Shown here in pieces: positions 11,199 through 24,270 of a stretch of 64,000 bases of DNA (its first letter is position 1; every line of letters starts with the position of its first letter). A model generated the notes under the pieces. The model saw nothing but the letters and a program-made list of their open reading frames with translations, made no database searches and had not been told where the DNA came from. This DNA comes from Botryllus schlosseri (Eukaryota). The translations under genes and the position numbers were made by a program. Where the stretch lies: positions 25,172,001 to 25,236,000 of the forward strand of contig CM119379.1 in NCBI GenBank assembly GCA_051294905.1, read 5' to 3'.

Positions 11199-14100
11199 TT
11201 ATTTATTCTTATGTGCGAGCGGTTTCCGGCTTGTTTTCTTCGTCTTGTCGGCTTTTTTGGGCGGTGGAGCGGGATTGGCAGACATGTGCCTCCCGTATAA
11301 GCTGAGGAACGAATAGAATTTGAGGCCGGGTTATAGTACACTGACCAGATCGGCAAGTTTAGAGGAATTAATTGCACGCTGCATTAGATTAGGGTTGCCA
11401 TACGTCCGGAATTTCCCGGACATGTCCGGAATTTCACTGTTAAAACTGCGTCCGGGAGGAATTTCTAAAATATGCCTAAATGGCCGGGATTTTGATCACT
11501 TGAAGTAAGCTCATCATTTTTTCCTAAATCAACATAAACAATATTATTTTTGGGAAGATGTATGCTACATGAAATTTTTCTTCGCGCTGGGCGCGATCTA
11601 GTGTCACATATATTGGTTTTAATATGGGGACTACCACCCTCATAAAACTGCGATAAAAATAAATAAAAACAACATTCATTTCCAGAAATAAGTCTAATTG
11701 TAATCGCAATTACAAGATAACGGTATATTCATTGAGTCGGTATAGGCCGTTTGGATGCTTCATTCAAAGATAGTGGTACTAAACCTGGGGGGTAGTTTGC
11801 CTTTATTCCAGGGTTCATGAAGATGTTGAACGCAAGCAATCAGCTTCCAAAATAGGCCGCGAGTAAGTCTGGGCAAATGTTCCGCCCTTTAGTAATCAGT
11901 TTATCAAATTTTGAGCTGGAATACGGAACATTTTCAATTGGAAAAGAAGTTTCAACCATAAAAGATTGGAAACCACCGGATGTGCGGTATTTATATAGCT
12001 CAGCCTCAGTGGTGTAGTGCGCACTGGCATTAGGATGATAAATAACTTATCGGTGTGACATGAACATGACTTAACAATGTACAATTACGCTCCTTGCATT
12101 TTCGAAGTCATCATCCTCTCTACCATATTGATCGACAATGAGTTCATAGCTCATTTTGAAATCCGGTGGTGGGCGCTAAAGAGCATCCGGGATTTGTCTT
12201 GCAAAAATAAGGTAACCCTACATTAGATGGCTTTCGCCAGAGGAATAAAGTAAAGCAAAAGCCTTTTAAATAGGAGTCTGCAGCTGTTTTGAGAAGAATA
12301 TGATAGGCTGATTTTACGATTGAGCGCTGCGCAAGCTCTGCAGTAGCTCAATTCATGCCAGAAATATGTGTGCAGAAAATTCAGTAGCGACATCCAATAG
12401 TCGCATAATCAAAGGTCATGAAACAATAGTGTTTGATACAACTCACGACTAGGGCCGGTAAGGGACATTCACGGTAAAGTTAATAATCTTTCATCACGTG
12501 ACCTGACGTGTCAGTTCTTAAATGACAAAAACATGTTCATAATGGGCGTCATTATCCTATAGAATTCACATAGTGGCCGAGTAACCGTGCTCGATTACGA
12601 TTCTACATGGCAGATTGCGATAATGGCAGCAATATCAAGTATTCACATACAACCAAATTTCAAAACTGTGAAATTTTAAACTTTTCCAAATTAGACTAAA
12701 ATTACTGAATGTGCGAAAACTTTGAAATTGAATTAAATTGTGTATTAGAAATAAATACAACTAAATTCAAGTTAAAATCAGAGTCCATTCTCATGACTCA
12801 TGTCATGAGCATGATAATGGCTAATGTCTGTACACCAAGTTTGGCTCGTATCGTATGATACAGTTCTCCTGCACTATTTTCAGGAAATTCAGAAATTAGA
12901 TTGAAATTAAAATTAGAGCACAGAAAAAATTTCACAAATCAGACCATCGCTATAATTAGTATAAGATATAACTAGTATTATCTAGCTGTCCAAGTCTGTA
13001 TACTGCTCCGCTTAACAGTCATAACCAACGACGAGACGAAACCGGTGCTATAAAATCCTATTGTCAAGGAATCATTATCGTCGTACATAGTCAATACAGC
13101 TCAGATACTTACTACTCATAGGTCTCCGATTTGATGTATTCGAAAACGTGGGTGATTCCGACCTGCAGCTGATCTCTGATGGGTTGAACCCAGGGATTTC
13201 GGTCCAATTTAAAAACACCTTTCGATCCGGTCAATTCCAGACGCCCTTCACATTAACAAATTGCTTATCAGTCTGCGAGAATAGTGACAGTATTCGTAAC
13301 GCACCTATCTCGGGTGGCAGTACTGTTAATCGATTTCCTTGAACGTGCAGCTCTCGGAGTTTCCGCAAGTCACCCACTTCTTTGGGAACGGAAACCAAAT
13401 CGTTGTCTCTCAAGCTAAGCTGGAAAATGGATGGATATTTTAAAGAAAGCAAATATTGAAAATAGATACAAAAAATGGGTGAGCTCAGCAACACTCCACC
13501 ATAGAAATGATATTTGACTTACAATTTGCAGGTTATGAAGTTTGGACACTTCAGGTGGAATGATTTCGAACTCGTTATCAGCAAGATACAAGGCACGTAA
13601 CGATGCTGCAAATATAACGCAGGCTCAGACCTCCATCAAGTTGCATGCAATCAATGATTGTAGATTATGAGATGTCGTTGAAGCAAGCCAATTATTTGTT
13701 TTGAGTTCTTTATTCCCGAATATTTTCGGCCGACACTCATCAGCGTTAATCGTCATCACCTTAGTGCAGCGCTTTTCAACCTGTGTGACGGTTCGCACTA
13801 GTGCGAATGAAAAAAATTTCAGTGCGAATGACGAAGGTGGTGTGAATAGTGCGAATGAAAATCCGGATCAAGTGCGAATGAAAATCGTGATTAATTGTTA
13901 ACTTTTCTAACATGGAATAATTCAAATAAACCTAATAGGAAATTAAATATCAGTGTAACATTTGTATAGTTGCGACGCAATTGTAAAAACTTAATACGAC
14001 GCACCACTAATCGTAGCTCTCATAAGCCGTAGTGAATTGATATTCATGCACTATAATTTTTACGTAACCAAAAGCCGGGTTTGGAAGCTGGTGTAGTGGC

Positions 14101-17100
14101 AGTATAGAGATCTCTACAATCTATATAGTGGCATACATACAGTATATCAGCCCGTCTGAGCCTGCGACAGGCTGGAAAAATGACATCAAATTGACTTTCT
14201 GCTTTTTTCGCTAAACAATCATCATATTTTCGTAATAACTGTTGGATTAGCGCGAGGCGCGAGGATAGTAGTAAATACTCTCATCACAGACTCACATTTG
14301 CAAGTCACTGTAACGCAAATTTTTAACCTTTCAAGAATTATTGAAGAATGGACCGCAAAGGGTATAATTTTGGGTCGCCACGGTGCCACAGCTATCTGTT
14401 AATAAGTATGTAATATTTATTGAATTTATTGCTAAGAATCCTGCGTTCGTTTTTTTCATATCTGACATCGCTGTGTTGGGTACTGTAGCCAATAAGCGAG
14501 ACTCGCATTAAATGTGGCTTTATCATGAGAATTCATAAGATTTGTCCGACTGATTTTTCTTGAAAACATGGCCGAAGATCGTTGGGATGAGCTAGCGTAA
14601 GGTGTGCAACGAGCGAGTTCAGGCCTATGAGACTCATTCATTTCGATGCCAAACCCCTTGTGCATCGGAGCACATGAAGACGTGAAGTATTGGCGAACAA
14701 ACCGCTGATAAAATGCGGCGCCGAAAAGATATGCGACGACAAAACCTCAGTCTAAATATATGACCGATGCTGGATGGCCAAACCTTTCGAGATGGATTGG
14801 ATATGCGGCACAGAATAGTCCCGTTCTTGCAATCTGAGTAGACATTAGTGCAACTGCCATACGCAGACGAATTTAATTCGCCCTAATTTAGAATCGCGTG
14901 CGTCAAACATGTTTTGTAGAGCTGTGTTGGGTAGAATTGTGGTCTGCGCGTTCTGTCATACATGCCCGTAAAATCGTAGCATAGAACTGTAATATTAAAA
15001 ATAAATTCCTTTTCAAGGGTAACAACTGGAGCCTCGTGGGACCTTTGTGTCAGCTCTGAAAAACGATTTCTGCCAGCAAGCATTTTTTCACTCGCGAAAA
15101 ATACGCTATATGTTGGATAGGAGTGCAAAACAGATTTTAGGACCTGGCCATCCAAGCACTAGTAGACGTTTTTGTACAAATTCCCAACAACATTGTTTTG
15201 CCTAGAAGGGTTTTAGTGAAATAATTGAAAGCAAAACGAGCGAAAAAAGCTGCCTTTTTAATGAGACCCTTGATAGCTTAAGCTACATATAGTAACCAAT
15301 TTGTTGCACACCTGAACAAAATATTGTTAAGTAGGTCTATCTTCATCTTCTTTTTGTATAACAATATTCGATTGGTTTGTGCGAATGAAATTTATTTTAC
15401 AAAAAAAGTGCGAACGGAGCTCAAAAAGGTTGAAAGGCACTGCCTTAGTGAATTGAAAAGAACATTCATTGTATATCAAGAATCGTATCATCAATTGTAT
15501 AACTGATTGTTGAATGTTGATATACATTATTCTTTTTTATTCTCTGCTAGTTGCTGACGGTTACCCCTAACGAGTGTAAAATATTCAGATTTATTTCAAT
15601 ATGAAAGTATTATTCAACTTTATTGTCTGCCGACCCCATTACAACCAAACTCTTACCATCCAATGACAGATCATATTTAAAGGCATTAAACTTTGCTATG
15701 AATTGTGGTGTGACAAAGTTCAGGTATCACAATTAGACATTATTACTACGTGTTTTGTTAACGCATGCGCGGGTCTTGTTGATTGACTCTCGATAATAAC
15801 AGTGACTGCATGAATATATGCACCAGCACCAGTCAGATTTTCATTTCCAATACATCACCAAATCAATAACTTCAGTCAAGGACGCAAAAAATGAATGAAA
15901 AGGGGTATTGATTTCAATTATATTTCCCAATTTCCACAAACATCAGAAATAAAAGATCAACACTTCCACAAATTTTGAGACAGGCTGAAAGATGAATGAC
16001 CAAGTAACACGATTTATTCTCATGATGGAAAAAGAAAGAAATCATTGACAATTTGATCATAGTTTCTTCAGTTTTGGCGATTAAGATATCTCGAGTGTAT
16101 GTCAATCCCTAATGCTGTGTTTGAAGGGGGTCGATCAAGTAGGCTGTGCCTAATCAATAGTCAGCAAAACACTCATATGCACAAGTCTAGAGAAGCCTCA
16201 AAGCACCTGGTAATTATGCAACTTTCCAAGAATTCACTAGGTATGGGTTGTACGATTTTTCCACATCATTTAAAATATTACTTCGAATGTAAGTTCCAGC
16301 AAGCTAATTTTCTAATGCATAGCCATGTACTGTACATTTTGCACTGGAATTCACAGGTAATCGTTGAACACGATTACTACAGTGCATAAGGTACCGAACT
16401 AAATACAATACTCACTCATGAAAAAGAAGTTAGCAGGCAATGATTGTTCTGTGAGATTGTTATACGACAAGTCGAGAATTTCCAGCTTCGGAAATGAGCC
16501 GAATCCCCTCGGCAAATGATAAAGACGATTCATCCTGAAAAACATAGCATTTAGATTCGAATATAAAAATTCAACGGTAGGTCAAAGACACTGAATTGAA
16601 ACCGTATTCCTGGAAAATCCTCGACAGAGCATTATGATCTACTCAATATATGGGAAAATCACAAGGAAAAACCCTGCTTCGCTGAGCATTGGGAACTTAC
16701 ACACACAAGGGTTTAAAATATCCAAAATATACACACGGCCCACCTTTAATTTTGTTATTAGTAAAAACAGCAGGAAAGAGCAAAATGTGGAATAAATGGG
16801 TTTTAGAGTTGTGCGATTATTCATCATCTTCACATTACTCGAATGCCTTATATTGTTAAACTTTGCCAAGTCGTTTTGGCCTCTTTTGAAATTATAGATA
16901 GCCTATTAAGCCAATAAAATAGACAAAATGTGATTGTGATATAAAAGGAAGTATGAAGCAGCACTTAATTAACCACATTAATAGCAATAAAAACGGCTTC
17001 ACCTAGATGACTGCTTCACAGGAAAAAAAATGAACATCACACAGCAATATCCGAAATAGTAGAAAACTCTCAAGAATATCTACGTGTGGTAAGAATATGG

Positions 17101-18701
17101 TAGAAGAACAACAACGCGCATACCCTAAGTTGAGATGCTTCAACTGTTGCATACCGCTGAGAGACGTTGGCAACTCTTCGATTGTGTTATTGAACAGGTT
17201 CAGTAGAGTTAAATTCGACAATTCTCCGATACTCGGCGGTACTGCGGTCAGCTTATTATGGCTCATGGTGAGCTGTGTCAGGTGATCCAGCATCACTAAA
17301 AGCAAAGAGACATCGATCAATGTTGCGTTAGTCACAAGACAAAACACAGAGGTTTCACTTTCACATGCTTCATCAGCAAGGAAAATGAATTGCAGAAACT
17401 AGGTTTTAATAACTTTCTAACGTACACAACTCCGAATGAATACTACAACCCATACAGAAAGAAGCTGCTAACGCAGAAAAATATAATATTGATTCTGAGG
17501 TCAGTAAATCAGTAGCATCTATCAAAAAATGTTGCAATTGCACAGTGGAAGAAAATATAGATATTGATATACCACATTCAACCAGGGAAAAATGTACGAC
17601 CACATTAGGTAGCAAAACAATTCAGCTTCACTAGCAACATTCTCAAGATAATTACTCTTCACTTTTGCAGTGTGTGCTACACATGCATGACTGGATATAA
17701 ATAAACCGTATATAAGAACACGCGCCTCAAGAGTTGTATTCATTTCACCATGAACCCTTCCACTACACAGAGAGCACACGCATCACACCCAAACACTCCG
17801 TGTATGGTGAGGTACAGTCAACAATAATAAAGCAATAATATTTTTTAGGATTGGGCAGCTGACACCAGATTAGCTGTCATAAATATAAAGGGATTTGAAC
17901 ATACTGAGACTTCTTGTCTTTAAATGAATTAACTACATACCTTGCAGATCTGTATCTTATGAAATGCAAGGAAAATGTAATTAGCCAATAATCAAGTAGC
18001 ATTAGTTGATTACAAACATAATGGGTTTAACACATGTCTAATCAGGGGCCAATAACCAAGTAGTAGTAGTAGATTACAAACATGATGGGTTCAACACATG
18101 TCTAATCAGGGGGTCAAGAGCCTTTTCAGGGGGGCACAAAAACTTTACAATCTCTAAATGTACTTTAATATAACAAAAGAAATAGATTAAAATACAATAA
18201 ACTAATGGCACTTCTTGATCACAACTTTACTTTCTTTGTTTTACTGTTCGATTTATTAATATTCTAAGATTTAAGCTGGCTCTTTCCTTTACCAAACCAG
18301 CAATTGTGACATTGTCGGAACATTAACACTGAGTTCAACCATCAATGTGGTAGGCCTATCTTGTTGCTTGTGTGTTGCATTTACGTCATTTTATCATTCC
18401 AGTCACTGCATAAACCAGCTTTATAATTAAAGTAAAGTTTCGTCATCTTTTCAAAAGGTTGAAAAAACAGAGGGAGTGGGGGACCATTGACTTTTTAAAT
18501 TTTCAATTGGGCCCTGGTCTAAGTAATTCTAGCTACCTTGAGATTATGTGTAAAACATGCACTATTAGTAACCTAAAAGAAGTATACAAGCTTACTCAGC
18601 CCAGGAACTTCATTGATGTTCTGTATCCCTTTATCGCTCAGATCGATTTCCTTACACCGCGAGTCTTTCGCATCTTCCACGATTTTCTTAAGCTTCGACA
18701 T
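11199..18701 (-). CDS. RSU1: Ras suppressor protein 1 (LRR protein), 276 aa, 7 coding exons
   Basis: Exons (minus): 18701-18596, 17295-17124, 16534-16416, 13605-13523, 13419-13305, 13245-13113, 11301-11199; all GT-AG, phases consistent, 831 nt in total. Translation MSKLKKIVEDAKDSRCKEIDLSDKG...SHNKLTAVPP...QGNRLTVLPPEIG...NPWVQPIRDQ...YLYGRHMSANP...SRKPLAHKNK is recognisably RSU1. A probable 5' UTR intron donor (GTAAGT) lies at 18782. Confidence 0.97.
11390..12220. mobile_element. hAT MITE family E, copy 2 (in last RSU1 intron)
   Basis: TIR TAGGGTTGCCATA / TAAGGTAACCCTA; perfect TSD CATTAGAT. Confidence 0.9.
12650..12998 (+). mobile_element. Partial CAGACTTGGACAACTAGA-family MITE (right end)
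   Basis: Ends in TCTAGCTGTCCAAGTCTG like 26119-26136; left boundary approximate. Confidence 0.65.
13767..15442. mobile_element. hAT non-autonomous element in RSU1 intron 3
   Basis: TIR CAGCGCTTTTCAACC / GGTTGAAAGGCACTG; perfect TSD CCTTAGTG; GTGCGAA subterminal repeats at both ends. Confidence 0.85.
18043..18516. mobile_element. hAT-like MITE in RSU1 intron 1
   Basis: Ends CAGGGGCCAAT / ATTGGGCCCTG; flanks GTCTAAT / GTCTAAGT (degenerate TSD). Confidence 0.55.
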
Positions 18702-20683
18702 GCTAGTCGAATTAATCTTAAACCTTACGCGAAACATGGAAAAAAGACAAAAATTGATAACAATATATCTGAAGAGACTTACTCAACTTATTGCTTACAG
18801 GTTTTCATAGAAAGTACACCGTGTTAATCGCATAAATTACACAACAGACGGTGCAAGGTAATAAACTTCGAGTATTATACATTGGATAAAACAGAATGAA
18901 AGAACTCCCCTTGTGTCTTTAGACAAAGGTAGGTTCAATTTCAACTAGTGTGGATTGTTTGTCACTATAGATTTCAGAATGAATTGATCTAATTCTGGCC
19001 AACACTTATTGAATCAAGTACTGAATTGGGGCTTTGAGAAGCAAATCGTACAAAATTTCTCGAAGTGTGTTCAAATCGAGAGTCATCACACACAATTGGC
19101 ACCATAATAACAATTGGTTCGCGAAAAGATATGCGCTTTCATCTTTTTTCAGCATGACGATGCTATTTGAAATGAATTTCTTGAAGAAACGATAAATAAT
19201 GGAAATGCTTCATGTATCCGACAAAAATCAAAGAAACGGCAAAGAGGAAGCTCTATCGACATCCAAACACCAAGTGTAAATAACGACAAGCTCTCTCCGT
19301 AAGCGTTAAATCAAATTCAACATTGAATCAAATTCAAGAGATATAGCATTGTAACATAACAGTCCAAATTCCGGCAGAAATCATCAACATGTCATTCGTG
19401 GCGGACATCACAAAAATGGCCTGTACAATATTATACACGCAGGATATAAACACAGACTAGGGCACCACACAAAAAGGACATTGACATCATAAATGTAACC
19501 ACAATGACATATAAAGCTTCATTACATTATCAAGAACAAACCTTGTCAAGGGTCAACTTAAAACGAGCATCATCAGCCATAGAGTAAAACCAGAACTTTG
19601 GACGGATTATATCCTGGCTTATTGTTAATTAGTGCAAGTTTTGATACGCGAGCATCACAAGCAGATTTCATACATCAATACGCGTTCATTGAACTCTCAT
19701 AGGATGCAATGAATAGATTGATGCATGACGCCTGATAATTCATGGCTCTTGATACAAACAAGTACATGTGACACAAATCAGTAGGTTTGATGACAGATGA
19801 CCAAAGAACAATACACGTTGGTTCAATGATCGTGCTTCAAGACTTCGATAACAATTTAATTTGGTACAACTATGCATAAGTTCCAACGTTACGCATGCTA
19901 GCATCCTAGGATTCATAACGTACATATTCATGAACAGTTTTCAGCAAAGCCACAATATATCAGTCACAATCCAACGGTTGGTGTCTCAGCAGTTATGAGG
20001 ATAAAATTCAGCTACATAACTGATTTCATTATTATTACTAAAGATATCCAGGTAAGGAAAGGTGAATACCTTCTGGTAATCAGTTACTGTTAATTTGATA
20101 CTCACTGACACTTTACTGTCATGCACATGAACATAGACAATGATCCCAACATTCATTTGCGATGCTAGTTGCTTAACTGCTGAGCATAATGTCACATATG
20201 TTAGTACACATTACCTTCTGCAATGAGACACTCTAAATGTTAGATTTTACAGCTGTCCAACAAGGTGGAGAGGGCGGCAAGTGTATGGCCGTAAAGGCAA
20301 TGCAAAAAACAACGAAATTCACTGACAGCAATCTACCAACACTAAATGTTAGCTGTTATTGGTCAGTCCTTCTGTGTGCATTTTGCATCACGCTATGATA
20401 GTCATCTGCAAATCGCTACTTTCGCTTTTTCCAGCCCAGGTTCAGGTGAACGCATAATACCAAAGAATTGTTAACAATACCAAATTTGATTAAAGGATAC
20501 CCTACCAGTGTCATTGTTAGCAAAAAACACGATCATAATCTGCGCGATCACATTGTGGTCAGATATCTGCACTTGATCTTTAGACGGCAAATTAATGAAC
20601 ATGCAATATACCATAGGGCACGTAGGCATAAAAAATTAACATCGTATATCGTACCCGACTGGTAAAAGTTTTAATGGTTAAAC

Positions 20684-21325
20684 CTACAATAAACAGCAGC
20701 ATTTCTTGCATTTAGCAACACACCCACCGTCGTCGGGATCGCTACCTGCCTTGACAGCAGTTGCCTCTTTGTTTTTCTGCTCTTTTATTAGCCTTAGTAA
20801 ATCAAAGAACACTTTATCGACGTTACTTCTCGTCTTTGCTGACGTCTCCACGTACTGCACACCCATATTGTCGGCAAATTGCTGCGCATCAGCTTGGCTT
20901 ACTTGACGTTTGTCTTCCAAATCTGATTTGTTACCGACCAGAATAAAGGGTATGTTGGTCGCAGTGGATGAGTCGGCTCCCTTCACGCGCAGAATCTGAT
21001 CACGAAAATCCTGTGTGTCGTCGAAGGATTGCTTTTCCGCTATAGAGAAAACGCACAAGAAGCCTTCTCCGCTTCTAAAGTAATTATCTCGGATAGCAGC
21101 GTAATCTTCTTGCCCCGCTGTGTCAAGTATGTCGATCTGTTCGTCTTCGCCATCTAGAATCACCTTTTTACGGTAGCTGTCCGCTTTGGTTGGTTCGTAG
21201 TCTTCAACAAATTCGTCGTACATAAACTGTAGTGTTAACGCGGATTTCCCGACGCCTCCGCTTCCGACCATTATTACTTTGTGCAGCGCTGGTTGCGCAT
21301 TGGATTTATTTTTATTCGCCGCCAT
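20684..21325 (-). CDS. RAL: Ras-related GTPase Ral (RalA/RalB co-ortholog), 213 aa, uninterrupted CDS
   Basis: MAANKNK start (ATG at 21325; the ORF track begins at an upstream GTG), P-loop GSGGVGKS, Ral-specific effector loop [24 protein letters not shown] and C-terminal CCLL CaaX box. Confidence 0.97.
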   Translation of the reverse strand: MAANKNKSNAQPALHKVIMVGSGGVGKSALTLQFMYDEFVEDYEPTKADSYRKKVILDGEDEQIDILDTAGQEDYAAIRDNYFRSGEGFLCVFSIAEKQSFDDTQDFRDQILRVKGADSSTATNIPFILVGNKSDLEDKRQVSQADAQQFADNMGVQYVETSAKTRSNVDKVFFDLLRLIKEQKNKEATAVKAGSDPDDGGCVAKCKKCCCLL

Positions 21326-21544
21326 TTGCGATTTCACCTCTTTTTCAATTCGTTATTGTAAGATTTCGCCTTGAAAACAGTAACAACAACTTATCAAATC
21401 TGTGATAAACCGCGCCCACTGACACAATCTCCTGAGATGGGATGTATTTCTTGACGAGCTCAGTCAACCATAACATGACGCTTGCGCGATGTATCATTGA
21501 TAACTTGTACCTTAGCCTATGCTTGTACTTTCGGTTTCAGTTCA

Positions 21545-22240
21545 TTGTTTGTTAGTTCAGTTTATTATTAAAATTTCATCATTTCAAAACACCACAAGAC
21601 CGCGATACAATGAGAGGGAGAGAGATATGGTATTCTTTTTCGCCTGCACCATCGGGATGCTTTGACGACGGAGATGCGATACGGCCTTTATAGTAAGGTC
21701 CATCTATAAGGTTTGAAAAGATAGGAAGATGTCGAAACGGAAATGTCTTTGCGATCAGACATCCATCCGGACCTAAGCGATGTAAAGAGGAGGCATGCAC
21801 AGTTGCACACTGCACAGTGCACACTGAATGAAATGTAAAAGAAGTTGATATAAAACGACAAGCGACAAAATGAGGTAGCATGTGGCGGTAGGCGAGATAG
21901 ATATGTCAGATCGTGTTTCGGTGAAGTGGAGGGCTGACTACTGTCTAGTACTCATTCAGTAGAAATTAAATTGCTTTTATTTCGACTTGAATGTGGACAT
22001 GCTCGACGACTGACGGTATAGCCGACGAGATACTGTTCCACACATTAGGTCCGGCATATTTGATAGAGCGATGATCTTTCGCGTCGACCATATGATACTT
22101 GGACGACAAGGACGTTCGTGTGTTGTAGGCTACTTGTTCACTTTTGATAACGTGTTAAAGAAATCATTGAAATTTTCGGGGCAGTGACCACAGCGGAACC
22201 GATACATAAACTTTTCGCAAATCTTTTATGCTCAAGACAC
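21545..22240 (-). mobile_element. L2/CR1-type LINE 3' fragment with degenerate RT C-terminus
   Basis: Matches 30105-30690 and 60224-61090 (GTTCCACACATTAGGTCCGGCATATTTGAT); 5'-truncated; boundaries approximate. Confidence 0.8.
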
Positions 22241-22986
22241 CAATTCTTTTGAGCGGTGATTTGTTGGACGCACGACCTGGCTGACCCATTGTGACCCTAG
22301 ATTAGAGTTACCTCGTTATCATGTTTTTTGGATCAAATTCCGGATACTCTTTAACGTCAACTAGCGGATATTACAATGAGAGATTACACATATTGTCAGT
22401 CAATACGACGTCAAGCTACCAAAGCTTCGCCCATTGACTGCATTAGAGGTCGACCGATTATCGACCTGACTAATTATCGATATTTGGAACTTTCCCCATT
22501 ATCGATATCGGCCTATGAATTCTTTTTAATTTCAGTTTTCCCGTTTATCGGCCTGGTGAGTGTGTCGATAATCGGTATCGATATCGGACTGCAAAAATCC
22601 ATATCGGTCGATCTATACTCTATATACAGGAGTGGAACATAGGTTTTGAATTGGGCCATCTCTCATGTGAGCTCTGGTGATTGCTCGAAACAGATTTCTT
22701 CACGGGCCGGATGAAATTTTCCAGTATGAAACTTATATGGTGCGCCGGTTGTGCGTTTGACAGCCCTGCTTTACTGTTAATTCGGTGCGGTTATTTTGTT
22801 TGTGTGTAGTAACCCATCCGGCCGGCCCTTTTCCGCCCAATAAAAGCATTAATCTTGGGTCCGCCATAGGGTAATCGATGCAACTTTTTGCGTACTTACT
22901 ATATGCATCTGCTTGTAAAGATTTGTGAATGAAATCTGTCAATAATATTGGTTCTTCCATATATTATTGTAAAAATATACCAGTAG

Positions 22987-23365
22987 TAGGCTTACCATAT
23001 TTTGGAAATCAAAAAAGAGGACACTTTTTCAGAAATTTGCAACATGCAAAACCGGAGTGAAATTCTCAAAAAGCGGTTAATTTTTCCCACTTTGTGATCG
23101 GTTGACTAAAAAAAAAAAAAAAAAAAAAGGTCTTCACTTCTGCTCAGAGCTGAAATCACCGTTTTTCACTCCGAAATACCCGCCGGAGCTTCACTTCTGT
23201 GCTAATATGCGGCATATCACTCGCAATTTGCTATAAATATGCCTAAATTTTCAAAAAAAGGACAAAATCTCAAAAAAGAGGACAAAAGGGCGTCCTCCGA
23301 GGACACTTTCAAAAAAGTCAAAAAAGAGGACAAATCCTCTTAAAAGAGGACGTATGGTAAGCCTA
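22987..23365. mobile_element. MITE family F (TAGGCTTACCATA TIR), copy 1
   Basis: TIR pair; CAGTAG repeated on both flanks; AAAGAGGAC subterminal repeats; inverted homolog at 60246-60613. Confidence 0.85.
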
Positions 23366-23597
23366 CAGTAGATGTCACATCCGGTGGTTTCCAACCTTTC
23401 ATCGACGCGAGCTCATTTCCAATTTAAAGATGTTTCGTGGTCCGGCTCAAAAAATTATAAGGCTGATTATTAAAAATGTCAGCTTGCTCAGACTTACTCA
23501 CGGCCTCTTTTGGAAGCTGGTGCCGTCAAACATTTTCGCGATCCCCTGAATAAGGCAAACGACCCCGAGGTTTGGAACAAACTGTCTTTGACTAAAG

Positions 23598-23919
23598 CAG
23601 TGGTTCCAAACCTTTTTTTAGACACGCCCCCCTTTATGATAGTGAAAAAATTCTCGCCTCCCCTTATTGTCTTATCACAAAATCCAACCGGGATGCTAGC
23701 AACTCCAACAGATTTTTGATGGCATGGAAGGTTAACTGTTGATGAGAGAATTAAGAAATATGAAATTCGGTGTATAAATAGAGAAACACTCGTGAATTGG
23801 AGGTAAATCGCGCAAAGCGCGGAATTTGTTTCAGTTGATCGCTTCTTCGCGCCCCACTTTCGAGCTTTCACGCCCCCTCCCTTCCCCAGGGGGGCGCTCC
23901 CCCAGGTTGGGAACCACTG
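23598..23919. mobile_element. hAT MITE family D, copy 2
   Basis: TIR CAGTGGTTCCAAACC / GGTTGGGAACCACTG; perfect TSD GACTAAAG. Confidence 0.9.
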
Positions 23920-23949
23920 GACTAAAGCATCTATGCAGCCTTAACCAAC

Positions 23950-24270
23950 TCTAGGAATATACCGTTATCTTTTAATTGCTATTACAATTACACTTTATTT
24001 CAGTAAATGATGATTATTTATATTTATTTTTGATTGTATTCTTTGCGATGGCGGTGCGTGGTCCTTTTATTTATTTACGTTGTATTAAATCACGCGCAGA
24101 GCGAGGAAAAATTTCAAATAGCATAAATCTGCTCAAAACTAATATTATTTATGTTGATTTACGAAAAAAAATTAAGCCTATATACTTCAAGCCTTTAAAA
24201 TTCCGGACATTTAGGCATATTTTAGAATTTCCTCCCGGACGCAGTTTATTTGGGTGGAATTCCAGACATG
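23950..24270 (+). mobile_element. Internal fragment of MITE family E
   Basis: Matches about 2370-2690 (AAAATTCCGGACATTTAGGCATATTTTAGAA-TTCCTCCCGGACGCAG); no TIRs. Confidence 0.7.

Noticed and set aside
14456-15155. Possible L1/Tx1 RT C-terminal remnant inside the 13767-15442 element
   Set aside because: Only a faint resemblance (ILHVFMC..AQGVW) across broken frames; cannot be supported without a search.
18459-18827. 122-aa plus-strand ORF
   Set aside because: Antisense shadow of RSU1 coding exon 1 plus a MITE end.
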